A stretch of 62,275 nt of DNA, filler included, from Sphacelaria rigidula (Eukaryota): the NCBI GenBank assembly GCA_964200075.2. It is 10 parts of 10 records of this genome, joined end to end, with 100 filler letters (N's around TTAATTAATTAA, not from the genome) between each part and the next. Parts side by side here need not be neighbours in the genome. Positions count along the whole stretch, not along the records: positions 49,902 to 56,038 come from CAXNAA020021996.1; positions 56,139 to 62,275 come from CAXNAA020021997.1; 8 more parts are not named here. One strand, 5' to 3'. Shown here one piece after another: positions 50,201-62,275 of the stretch. The position numbers and the translations under genes are program-made. Within the stretch, counting starts at the first letter, position 1, and every line of letters begins with the position of its first letter. The notes below the pieces were generated by a model. It was not told the DNA's origin and ran no database searches. It worked only from the letters and a program-made list of their open reading frames with translations.

Positions 50201-51840
50201 GTTTCCACCATGCTTTCTGCTACCCTGGTTCGCTATTATTGTCCCTCTTGTTGTGTTTTTGCCTCTACCGCCTACTGTCGACTGTACTTTTCTCGCTCGC
50301 TATCACATCGCATGTTGTCATGTGCACGTGCATTTTCCGCCCTCATGTTCTTTATGAACCTTGCTTCGATCTGATCGCACAGTTTTTGTTTTGTCATTGT
50401 CGCGTGCATTATATCACCTTCGCCTGATCTACACCTGGTCAGCCATAATATCATCCCTGTACCTAACCAGCAATGATCGTGTTCTAGACATCCCGGTAGT
50501 TTTGTTGCAAAACAACGCCCCATGCTCAGTATATATTTTGTTTCCGGGGTTGCATTTTTATTGTGGCCATGCGGATTTGTGGAATGCACATGCAGTAAAG
50601 CTTTCATTTCATGTCGATCTTGTTTGTTTTTCTTTCATCTTACATACTCATAGTGTTTGCATCTCCGGGTGTCGCGTCTACCATAACTGTCTTTTGAGCC
50701 ACTCGATTGTATTTTGAGTGCTTTGTAATTTTGCGCCACCATCGTCTTGCTCTTTCGAGCTGCACTATTTTTCATTTCATGTTCTGGAAATTTTGCATTT
50801 TATTTTGATTGTCTTATCAGTTGCGCCGCCGTCGTCTCGCTCTTTCGAGCTGCACTATTTTTCATTTTCGCAAGGCCGAAACGCCGAATTTATCGCCCGG
50901 CACACGACATTTCGATCTGCGTCACGTGGTATTAAACCGAGCCATATTTTCATGTACCCCAAGACTTCCAACGTATACTAACCACGCCCTCTATTACTTC
51001 CGCCCTTGTTTCACCCACACTCTTGTCCTGGGTGTGTCGCATCCCGATGAGGGAACCGGCGCTAAACGTCATTGCGTTGGGGAGGACACGCAGGAAACAC
51101 TGAACGGTTTGCCAATGACGGTATGTTCCCGCGTGGAGTGTCTGCAATTTGGTTTGGTTTAGCTAATACCGGGTACCTTTTTATGGAGTGCCCACAATTT
51201 GGTTTGGTTTAGCTAGTCCCGGGTACCTTTTCATAGCATTCTGGTAGCAGGGTCATTACCTTGGTGCCACAAAATAGGATCCCCATTTTATCCCACACTG
51301 GTAATCGATTGTATGGCTTGCTATTCACCAGGTTGACTTCTTGACGCACCCTGTGCCGTAGTTGGATACTACTTTGTTCCTTCGCGGTACCGTAGTTGGA
51401 TAATACATCGTTCAGTTGCTTCAAACTTGGTTTTCGATATCATGCTGTCACTCATCTTCCCGTGGATTGCCTTGTCATTACTTATTCAGTACGCAGACGT
51501 ACGTAGTTTCCCTACTTTGCCTTTTTGCCCTTCATGCCCAGCCTACCATGCAAGTTGACTGCGCGACTATATATCTTGTTTGTGACGGTTCTTACAGGCC
51601 CTATATATAGGTTTTAGACGCTTATTTCGCTGATATGGTCGCTGGACCCCCTTGGGGAGGGCGAAGTACGAGTTCCTACTGTCTTGATGGTCGCTGTACA
51701 CCGTGCACACCCTTTGCCACAAAACAACGCGGCTTCCCACCATGAGAACGCCGCATGATCAGGAAAGAAACGCACAAGCTTCTTGACCGAGGTGTTGCTC
51801 ACCCAACTTTCCTCGGCAAAAATTTGTCGACTACACGATT

Positions 51841-52089
51841 TTGTTTCCAGTAAAATTCGCCAAGTTCGCCAAATATATCTTTACTGCAGGGTCTCACAGG
51901 TTCCTTAGCCTGTTAATCGACAATACCGGCATACAACCAGCCCCCTCTAAATGCAACGCAATTGCTCAGACGTCACGTCCATACAGTCGAAAAACTACGT
52001 TCGTTTCTACAGCCACCAGGTACCTTGGACAGTTTGTCCAGGAGCGTAGCATTCTAGTCGCCCTGCTGACCAATATTCTAAATAAGTAG
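51841..52089 (+). mobile_element. Ty3/Gypsy reverse transcriptase C-terminal remnant
   Basis: RFLSLLIDNTGIQPAPSKCNAIAQTSRP...YLGQFV...LVALLTNIL resembles FLG....GI.P.P.K..AI...P....FLG...Y.R.F......APLT.LL. Confidence 0.65.
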
Positions 52090-53334
52090 GAAAGCCAACA
52101 GTATTGCTGTACGATGTAGGTAAACGCGCGCTCTCCTTCTGCTGTCAAACTCTTGTGCCGTACAACTACAGCAAGACTTCACCACCACAATCCGGTCGTC
52201 TCATGGTGGCTCAGCTAGGATATGGCATACGAACTAGACTCTCGCCCAATGAGCATCAATGTACAACTCATGCGTATGAAGGCATGTTTCTTGTCATTTC
52301 TGTGCTTTGTCTCGGTATATTTAGTACAACGTACCTCATTACTATATTTTTACTCAGCATGCCTTGTCTATTTTATTTTCGCCATGATTATGTCTACAGT
52401 TTCACAGGGTTCGAGAACCTAGGGGGACGGCTGCTGAAAAGGTTACAGAGTTGTACAAATCTTGGCCCCAGAGAGAGTACGTTTCACGCATACTCTTGCG
52501 CAATCGTACCCTACCCGACGACCCGACGCCATGCTACCGTCTGACACGTTTTCATTCGAGCTCTGGACTGGCCGTAAACATTACATACGTACCACCGCTG
52601 TCTCAAAAGCAAGAAGTTCCTTCCATATCCGCCCACCCCATCCGAAACACCTCATACTCGAAGTGTTTGCGTCCCGCCTCGAGGGGGACCAAACTGGAAC
52701 GCCACACCCACATTCCGCCTGACCTGTATCTGTCACCATGTTGGCCTGCATTGGAAATATTGGTGTACAGACTGGTCTACCCTAGCTCGGGAAGATTAGT
52801 GAACAGACTGGCGTACTCTACCTGGGGAAGAGTAGTGTACATATTGGTGTGCCCTAGTGCCGGGGAGGCGAAACGCCTTCCCGGGCCGAGTTCAAAAATA
52901 GGTTGCTCTATCGTGCCTCATGCACCCCTCGTTCACTCTTGAGCTACCCTTCGAGCCGGACCATCTGCTCCTACTGTTTACCATTGGTGAGAACAGTGTG
53001 CTGGGCGATCAAGGGAATAATCAGTGAGAGTAAAAAAGATATCAAGCCTTTGAGCTCCCTTTGTTTGTTGCTACTGTGACCAACAGTCACGTGAATCTGC
53101 ACGTGTGCATTTGCAGCTTGTTTTACTCGCACACCTAGTGCGTTTGCGCACCTACTCAAGCTTGCAGCACATTGATCATAGCTAGGAAGGTGTGGAACCT
53201 GTCTATACCCCTCTCTATATCACATTGCCTGTATCTGTCACCATGTTGGATTGTTGAAAAGTCTACGTTGTTTCAGGCTCTGACGGGTGGGGAAAGGGGA
53301 AAGACTTCAAAGGGGGCGGGGGCGTACCTATTTG

Positions 53335-53835
53335 TTTCGAGCATCCAAGTAATTCCCCTGGCTACTGTAATCTGCGCTGTTTCCCAACTCCTTCACCAAC
53401 TTCACTTCATTCAAGTAGGTTCTGAGCTGTTGTACTCTATACTGTTTTCATCTTCTTCACTATTATTATTCGCATCCAAATATTCTTTTCTTCGCTGCCA
53501 TTTGCACCGTTTCCGCATCAAAGTATTCTCTTAGCTGTGGCCAGCTGCACTGTTTCCAGTTGTTTCATCAACTTCACCCCTTGCTTTGCCATGTCTCATG
53601 CGTGTACCAGGTCATCAAATAATACCTCGGTTAGAGAGGGTGATAACGTACATCCTGGTGCGACTCTTTCCAAAATATCAAAATATTTCGATATTTCCCT
53701 GTATAGCACCGTCGCACTTTTGGCACATTTCTTTCGTCTTAATCGTCCACACCTTTCCTTTGATCACAGTTCCTCATGTATTTTCCCACAACCCATTGCT
53801 CCATACTGTGTTATGAGCCTTTTGCATTTGTATCA
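53335..53835 (-). mobile_element. Decayed LINE reverse transcriptase fragment
   Basis: QKAHNTVW (KAYDTV-like) and VAPGCTLSP (QG..LSP-like), with stops and frameshifts. Confidence 0.7.
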
Positions 53836-56574
53836 CCCCACAGTTTCTTCGACCCCGCCATCGCACTCGAAGCACCCCGCCTCCCCACGTAGTGATGCCG
53901 TGCAGCTTTTGCCATAGGTGCTACCTCCTGGAAAGGCTACAGCAGTGCCGAGCTGAAGCACCACGTGTATGATTATGGGAATTTCTTTCGGCGAGTACGA
54001 TACGAAAATGGAGACGGGAAACAGCCATCTCGCTTGAGAGTTGAGCGCCCCAAGCTGGAACGGAGGAGCCAAAGATAGACTGCAGCCATGGACGTGTACG
54101 AACGTCTGTTGTCTGATGTGGTATACGATATCATTGCGAGAGGAATACGGTAGTGAAATAAGGGAATATGTGACTATATATTGCTCCTACTGCACACTTC
54201 AGTCATGAATTTCGAGTGTTCCTTGTCTTTTTCTCGTGCCGCTTTGTTATCGATTGCTTCCCATTTGGTAATATACGGGCACATGTGTGAGCCAAGGCGC
54301 GTGGGCTTTATTTCCAGTAGAATAGGTGTCGGTAGTTACAGAAGAGCACCCCTCAAAAGCTGCACTCCTGTAACTATTGATAAGTTCGTGGAAAGGTTGT
54401 TTTTAGCGAATCCAACCGAAGTTGGATGTGGTTAAAGCCCCGCACTACCCCGGAATTCAGTGTAACTGATTTAGGGTGTCGACGCGCGATGAAGCTAATT
54501 AGCAAATCGTTCTGCAGTCTAACTGAGATCCCGGGAAAACGACAGCGATCGCACTTGTCTGCGGTTTCTGTCGATTGGAAAGGGCGCTAGAGACTTTTTT
54601 CGTTTCCTAACGGATAGGATGTCCCCCGTCTAACGGGGTTTATCGATCTATTAGATACCAAGGTTTCCCCTGCAACATTAGTGGCAGGGTTTCCTCGTTT
54701 CCTTATTTCAGGTGTTGATGCACAGGCTTCGTTTCCCACATTTCTTTCGCTTAGCCTTATTAAAAGGCTGGGGGGATGTTCCGGATTTATCGGTTATGGT
54801 CCAGTCGAGTAGATTCCATGTGTCATACATACTCTTGCGTTGTCTAGCCCGACAGGTCATGGGCCATTCTGAGTCTGATTGATTTCGACAGTGCCCCCTA
54901 CTGGGGCACAGTCTTTTGGGAACTTATCTCAACGCGCGAATAGCAGCTATCAGCCGGTTGCCAATAATACAAGAAGCATCAACACTATCACGGACTGCTA
55001 TCTCAGAGGAGTATTTTGTCTTCACAAATGTAAGCCGGCATTGCACGCATCATATGGGTCTTGTCTCTGGCGTGAACCATGGGCATGCGCCGGGTCATTG
55101 GTGTGTGGGTTGACTCCCCACCTAGCAAATCGAGCTCACTGGCTTCGATACTAATGATTGTGTTTGAGCCGCTAGCCTGGTGCCCACTGAACTGGCACCA
55201 TTCCCAGCTAGAGTATCGAACCATGACATGTGCGCAGACTCCACTGGCCCTTTATTCCCCGACCGATGCACCGCTAAGCCCACTTGACGCCACGGCTGCG
55301 CAGCAGGCGAAGACGCCCCGGCAGGTTCAAACGGCACCGCCGGCGGGTTTGACCCCCCAGCCAGCAGACCTAGAATTTGGGGAGGTCTCAACTCTTTCCG
55401 CATAACCACAGATGTCACGCTGGTCGTAGTACACGAACCGCTCGCCATACGCGTAGCTGTAACCGGCTACCTGCGAACCTCTGCAGGCCAGCGGACCTTC
55501 GCGAATTGCACTTTCCTTGCTTCGTCGCCGCGCCACTCAATCGTAAGAGCCTCCAGACTCCCGCTGCACGCAGCTTCAGCAAGTCTCCAGTCCAGATCAA
55601 TCACAGGCCAGCCGCCTTTCTGCAGCTGCCTCAGCTGGAACCCTCTCCACGCGTCCGTGGTGTATCAGGTTTCCACAGCAACCAGACTCCTACCGAAATC
55701 TTTTCCAGTAGGTTTCTAGCACCACCATCAGCACTAGCACACAATATCGATATTGTGACGCCAGCCAGCGGAAGAACTGCTGGATCACTGCTGTTGAGGG
55801 GCTCCCCAGTTTTACTGGCCTCAGTTTCAGTTGTCAGCCTTTACAATATTCTCATTATTCAGGAGTGCCCTCGTAGGCACACCCTCCTAGATACGCCAGG
55901 GTATCAACCTAGTATCTTTGGTCATTATCCAGATCATCACTACCAACTCCTAGGGCCGAAGCTTTCAGAAGCAGGGCCGCGCGTGTACTGCGCCAAGTTG
56001 ATAGGGGGTTTTAGTGTGAGCATCCCCCACACTGCCTTNNNNNNNNNNNNNNNNNNNNNNNNNNNNNNNNNNNNNNNNNNNNTTAATTAATTAANNNNNN
56101 NNNNNNNNNNNNNNNNNNNNNNNNNNNNNNNNNNNNNNCACCGCTCGCTAGACCGGGGACCCAGACAAGGCACCGACGAGATAGAAGCTTTGTTTTTTTC
56201 CCCCCCCCCCCCCCATCCGTTTGCTTTTCTCCTGGAGTATCCATGTTTTGCAAGTTTTGACGTTCATTGCACCTGAGGTACGTGTAACTTGCGACCACCG
56301 CTGGGCTCGTAGCGGGTCATTTAACGGGTGACAACCCAGTCTATGTATCGATCAATCGATTCATTAACTGACCACCGCAGCAAGAGGGGTGGACTCGCCG
56401 TGACGAACATGCGGCGATCGACGTATCCAGATCTGCTCGCTGTTTTATGGTATATCCAAGTACCTGTTGCTGCTGCGAATAAAAAAACGCAACTCATAGT
56501 CAACACAACGGCTTACTCGTAAAAGCAGAGAGCACGAACATTTTATATACAACCTCGGAGAAAACAATTCTGAC

Positions 56575-59500
56575 CTGAGGGCAGGCTCGACCGGTAGCGA
56601 TGCTGCCGCCGCAAACCCAGGAGTCACAACTCTGGGGCGTTTTCTTCCGCTCAGTCCGAGCTTTCGAGGGATCTGCCCGCACTCAGCAGTGGTGGTAGTA
56701 GCAGCATCACGGGCAGGGGAAGCCTCGCCGTCCCTTTGCCCTTGCTCACCTGCTCCGGGTGGAAGTCCATTGTGCGACTTTTTGGTCGACTGCTGCTGTT
56801 GCAGCGGGTTGATTCGCTTGCGGCGCGCAGACTTGGAGGTGGATAATATAGCCCCTGCGGCCGCCGCGGCAGCTCTGCGCCTTGGTAGTGGTTGCGATAC
56901 TGCATCCCTGCCGCGGGGTGCATAGGTTTCCTGGTTGTTGTTATTGTTGATATTGTTCGTCGTCGCTTTTTGCCACTTGTCACCGTCGGACGATCTCTTG
57001 AGCTTTTGTGACTTTTCTGATTGCAATCCGGCCCGAGAAGGCCCGCCACTCGCTGCATGCTGTTGCTCCTCTCCTGAAGATCGCTTAGTGGGTGCCGAGA
57101 TACCGGGCACATCAGCTTTCTTTTCACCGTGGTGTCGAATCCTCTCCTGCTGACGACTGCGTGGACGCCCACCGGGGGCAGGACTCTCATTCTCCCGCAC
57201 CATCCCGTCTCTGGTTGCTGCCAATAAGGGTTTGCTGCTGTTACCGCCAATGCTGGCATCAGCAGCAGGAGCAGCAGCAGCAGGCGCACGAGCAGCAGCA
57301 GCAGGGGCGGCGGTGGCAGCGGCTGCAGTGGAAGCAGCGGGGCCAGCGAGGGCACATGTATTTCCAGCGCACGCAGTGAGTTCTGTCGCAGTCTTCCACG
57401 CCTCCTTTTTGCGTCTGCCCTTGAAGCTGACCTTGAACAACGGCGGAGACACGGTGTCGTCCACACCCACGACGACAGCGTCCACGGGATGCCCATACTT
57501 GTCCATGGCGATCACCGTGTCGGCGACATTGAAATAAGCTCTCCGAGTGGTTGCTGCAAACGAAGTCGTCCGCACTGTCGTCGGTGTCGTTGCAGGATTA
57601 CCGGTGCCCCCGCCGCCTGCGGATTTGACAGTCATGTCGGCAGGGCAGACGGTGATGACCGAAGGCGCTCGTTGTTCTGCGTTTCGTTCGTCAGTCGAAC
57701 GTGGAGCAGCAACCCGGCGAATGTTCCGTGGTGGCACTGGCTTTTCTCCACGCGCTGCCTGGCTGTTGGATGTCAAGGCGGAAGCAAAAAACGAAGAAGT
57801 CGGGCGACCGTCCTCTTCATCTTTGTTGCCGTGTGTCACAGAGGGTGGTACGGATAGTGCTGCTCCTGTAGACGCCAAGGAGACAGTCTTCGAAGGTCCT
57901 GAAGCAGAAGGAGTGTATACGGCAGAAGATGTGCTACCGGCATTAGCAACAGAGGCGGCGCCGCCGACGCCGGGGACAGGCACCCCTCCGATAGACGCAA
58001 TGAGTTCTACTGCCGGCTTCCATATTTCTTTCTTTCGTCTATCCTTGAAGCGGAGTTTGTATAACGTTGGAGACGTAGCGCCATCTATGCTCATGACGGT
58101 AGCGTTCGCAGGGTGCCCATACTTGTCCGTGACGATCACCATGTCGGCGACATTGAACGAGTCCGTCGGTGTGGCTTCAGACGGCACAACCGTCGTCACT
58201 TCTTTTGCTGCTACCATCGCAGGGTCACCGATACCCCCGTCGTGGGTGAGCACATTCGTATCGTTAATGGGATGCCTAGCGGTGGGATAGACGCGCTTTC
58301 TGCGGGGTAGTTGGTCAGTCGGATGTAGTACAGCGGCGGCGTCACGACAATTGCTCCCTGGTGTTGCCAGCTCTTCTCCGCATGTCGCTTGATTGCTAGG
58401 CTTGGATGCAGGAGCGGAATGGAACAGGCGATCGTTCTCTGAAGCAGTGACGACAGTGGCGGCGGCGGCGGAAGGCGTAGCCATGCATCTGGCGGGTGTG
58501 ATGAGCTCCGTCGCCGGCTTCCAAGCCTCCTTCTTGCGTCTGTCCTTGAAACAGATTTTGAACAGGGCCGGTGAAATAGAGTGATTCACGCTCGCGATTT
58601 TCGCTTCCGAGGGGCGTCCATGCTTATCCATGACGATCACCGTGTCATCGATATTGAAATGATCATCCCGAGCTGTACCGCCAGACCCTGTGGTCGGAAC
58701 TACCGCTGGCGCTGCTGCTGACGCCAACGACAGGTCTCCGATGCCTCCACCGCCCGCGGGCTCAACAATCATGTCTTCCGCGGCATGGATGATGCCGTCT
58801 CCCGCATGTTTTTCGTCCGTTGAAGGTAACATGGATATCGAGGACTGAGAATCGTTCCGCGCTGGTACCGGACCGTGTCTGTCTGTCGCCTGGTTGCTGA
58901 GTACACATGCCAACGCCGAAGGCGTGGAAGTTGGGTGGTTGTTTTTTACCCCGTTGCTGTCACCGTATGTCAAGGAGGCGGTCTGCTCCAATACTTCTGC
59001 TGCTGCTTGCATCGACAGAAACGCTGTCGCTAAAGAAGCATCAATCGCAGATCTAGAAGCAGAAGGATCCTCTGAGAGAGAAAAGCTTCCGTTGCTTTTG
59101 CTTTGACCGCCGCTGCATCTGCCACCGGTGCTGCTAACGCTGCTGCTGCATGAAGCGTTGGCGACAGTCGGTACTTTTGCGCCCGACGATCCGTCACAGA
59201 TGCTGGTATGTGACTGTATCCCGCCGGCACAAAAGATCTCACCAGATTGTCGTCTCGTTGGGCTCCCCGTGGGCGCGGGATTGGTGCTGCCAGCACCAGC
59301 AGAGCTATCACCATCCGTTGCAGTGGAAGGGGTGGGGATAGTGGGGGCAGGTGAGCCGCTCACGGCCGCAGTGAGCTCCGTCGCCGTCTTCCACACCTCC
59401 TCTTTTCGTCTGTCGTTGAAGCGAATCTTGAACATCGCCGGAAATGCAGCATGGTCTATGTCCACGACGGTAGCATCCGTGGAGTTGCCGCGCTTGTTCA

Positions 59501-59654
59501 TGATTGTCACCATGTCACCGGTGTCGAACTTTTCCCCCCAAGCACCAGGGGTGGCGACAACAGCGAAAGCATCGGCGGGGGTATCACTGAGATTCGGGTT
59601 TGCGGCAATTTCGGGATCATGATCTGCTGTCAAGTGTTCACGCCTAGCAGACAT
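56575..59654 (-). CDS. Large exon encoding four Tudor/chromo-barrel (SH3-fold)-like repeats and a basic tail
   Basis: Over 3 kb open frame; four ~54-aa repeats at 59366-59528, 58498-58658, 57997-58157 and 57372-57533; ctcag|gtcaga donor; ATG at 59654 inferred. Confidence 0.8.
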
Positions 59655-59962
59655 TGATTGACATACGTGATAAAATTTCAGGGGATACCACAAAGCGATG
59701 GTTCCAGGGTGGAGATTGCTGATCGAGATATGAGTACCAGCCGGAGTTAAGTTGTGACTGTGACGCAAGGCCCGCTTCGACGATTTCGAAAGTTCAAATT
59801 CAAATTGTACGATCATGTTGCTGTGTTGTCGTAAATTTCAGACCCACGGTCGATGGAAAATAACTGCAAGAAGGTATGTTTACTTTTTCTGTACTGCCTT
59901 GGTGTTTGGTGTTGTTCGTGTTGTTGACACGTGCGGCGCGTATCATCAAGTGAAACTCGACC

Positions 59963-60024
59963 ATGAGCAAGAGGGTGCTGCTTACTGTCTTCAAGTGTTT
60001 GCTCAAGGAAGCGAGGGAGATCAG
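59963..60024 (+). CDS. Possible first exon with an LYR-motif-like helix
   Basis: accATG...cag|gtatga; MSKRVLLTVFKCLLKEAREI; a phase-compatible candidate exon starts near 60223. Confidence 0.35.
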
Positions 60025-61247
60025 GTATGATCTTTGTAGCATTGGTGGCTCACGGAGGACCGGGTGTGATCCTTTTTACATGATCATCTGCCGAGGTAGC
60101 AATGTTGTAATGTAACGCTGCAGGGTGTCGCCCAGGTAAACACGGCACGGTACGTACAGTTCCGGTTGAGCAGGATGCTTGTCCAACTGCTTCGTGCGTT
60201 AGCTCTTTCACGATGTGGATAGAAGTGGTACGTATGTACGGCGGCGGCTGCCCTTGCTCGAGGATCAACTAACCGACGAGCACACGCGTTTCAAAATGTC
60301 GCGTTGTGGCGATGCTCGGCTGCAATCGGACTCAAACTTCGAACTTCGCTATAGAGAAGACCCTGCACTATCTTGGGCCACCGTACACTTGAATATCTTG
60401 ATGACATTGTGTTGATCTTATGACTTTTGGCGGTGTGACGGCTGTGGTTCTCGAGAAAATCGAGATTGAATTTCTTACCACCCAGGGTGATATACCCCGT
60501 GACCTGCCGTTGCTGGTCAGTGGCGGCAGATACCACCCCCTTCGGACGAACTGAAGAGGAAGTTATCGTAGAACAGTGCACATACATGAAAGGAACACAC
60601 GTATATTCTTTCAAATGAACAACAAAAAACCCCGGCGACGCCAGCACACTACCTGGACACCGGCAGAAGCGTCAGTACCAGGCGGCTCTCTATTTCAACC
60701 TTCACCTGTTTTGTCCCGTGCTCTGTCTTTGGCAATATGCATCGCGCTGGTGTTGCGCTAGGTACACAAAGCGACAGCAAGCACGCGCTGTGCAGCGTAG
60801 TATAGTTAAACTGAACAATGCAGATCAAATGCACATAAGAGTACGGACAGTAGACCAGCGCGGTGGTGTCCGTACTCTCAACAGAAGGGCACATATTGTA
60901 TGTCGGGGTCTGCAAGATGTGCAAGCATGGCGGGGTGGCAGTGTGAAAATTATGAAGTTCGGTCCACCATGCTACACGTGTCCGTGTCTTCGTTGTGTTG
61001 CCTCTGCTTTGGGACGTGAAGTGGGAAGTTATGTGCGTTTTTTCTGCTTCACTGGACGTACCGCAGATCCGTATGCAGGACATGTGCGTACTTTTTCAAC
61101 TTCACATATCCTGGCGCATACAATCACCCACAATTGAATTGGGTGTTGTAACTCGATCTGTAAATCGGGCACAGGGCCCACAGATAGGGGCGAGAATTTC
61201 GACTGGCACGATTTTTCGACCAATCAGAGCCTTTCAGGCCAACTCTC

Positions 61248-61698
61248 ATGGGAGCCCTTTAAAAATTCTGTCGAAAACTGCCTTTCGGGCCCTTCTCCGT
61301 CGATTCACGCCCGAAAAGAGGGCTAGGCGGATGTTGACGCCTTGGAATGCCTTGCTCTACTCGCTGAGACCGTTCTAGGGCCACTTTGCATTTCCTGCTG
61401 GCCGCACTTTTGGTTTTGGCCAAATGAGGCCAAACACGGATTTTCAGTAAGAAAACGGTCAGGTGATCAAAATGTCCCCCTGTTTTTTTATCGCTTGACC
61501 GTTTTTTGTTGAAAATCCGTGTGTGGCCAAAAATGGAAGTGCTGCCAGAGGGAAATGCGAAGTTGCGCTGGAAAGGCCTCAATGAGTAAAGCAAGTCATT
61601 CCAAGGCGTCAACATCCGCCTAGCCCTTTTTTCAGGCGTAAAACGACGGAGAAGGGGCAAAAAGTCAGTTTTTAATAGAATTTTTGAGCGGCTCCCAT
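61248..61698. repeat. Long imperfect inverted repeat (foldback element)
   Basis: Arms of about 220 bp around a loop of about 10 bp near 61472-61481. Confidence 0.92.
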
Positions 61699-61831
61699 TA
61701 GACCCACTTTTATGGCAAACGAATCCCGATTTTTTGGATCCCGATTTTGAAAAAATCGGGAGGACTCACATTCGTGTACTCAAAATCGGGGTGACCATTT
61801 CAAGGCACAGACGGTACAGCATCACAGATTT

Positions 61832-62147
61832 GTGAAACGGTCCTGTACACAGACGATCATTTTTTGCATGAGTGTGGTACTGCGTTCTCGTGCATGAAGC
61901 CGAAGAGCAGGCAGGCGGTAAACAATCCTTCGAGTACAGTGTAGGACACTTCATCAGTACAGTACATGATAAGTGAAACGGTTCTGTACACAGACGGTCA
62001 TTTTTTGCATGAGTGTGGTACTGCGTTCTCGTGCATGAAGCCGAAGAGCAGGCAGGCGGTAAACAATCAAACAATCCTTCGAGTACAGTGTCGTACCTTG
62101 ATACCCTAGGGTTATACAGTGTAGGACACTTCATCAGTACAGTACAT
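61832..62147. repeat. Two-copy ~141-bp tandem repeat
   Basis: Near-identical units starting at 61832 and 61973; the second carries small insertions. Confidence 0.9.
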
Positions 62148-62275
62148 AATAATGCCTTTGCCTTGTGGTAGTACATGATGGGACAGTCGGTATTGCGAGA
62201 ACAGAGAACAAACAGTGCGCAAGCAGAGTTCAAAAGTGCAGTGTCGCACATCATCCCTCAACCACAGCGACAACA

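Noticed and set aside
61925..61965. Hammerhead ribozyme (minus-strand CTGATGA plus a stem) in the tandem repeat; also CCGATGAGGGAACC...TAAACGTC near 51044
   Set aside because: The required GAAA core is missing or mutated, and closing stems could not be built

Overview
This window is not one continuous locus. It consists of ten unrelated contigs (five of 6138 bp, then five of 6137 bp, apparently size-sorted) joined by nine artificial 100-bp linkers (N44-TTAATTAATTAA-N44). The sequence is eukaryotic, intron-rich, roughly 50% GC and repeat-rich. A signal peptide plus ASAF-like leader and the overall style suggest a photosynthetic stramenopile, most likely a brown alga (inference). Recognisable gene fragments are: two SppA/protease IV exons; a beta-helix exon spliced to a 3.7-kb low-complexity terminal exon; two exons of a divergent kinase; a kinase first exon head-to-head with a proteasome beta1-like gene; a plastid-leader auxin-efflux-carrier (PILS-like) gene; the last exon of triosephosphate isomerase; a PLK4/SAK-like kinase; and a giant exon with four Tudor/chromo-barrel-like repeats. 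The rest is a nested set of tRNA-derived SINEs, truncated LINEs, MITEs, foldback elements and decayed Ty3/Gypsy sequence. The most unusual item is the beta1 paralog: its catalytic Thr1 directly follows a signal-peptide-like leader instead of a Gly-terminated propeptide. All family assignments are by eye from motifs; no database search was run.
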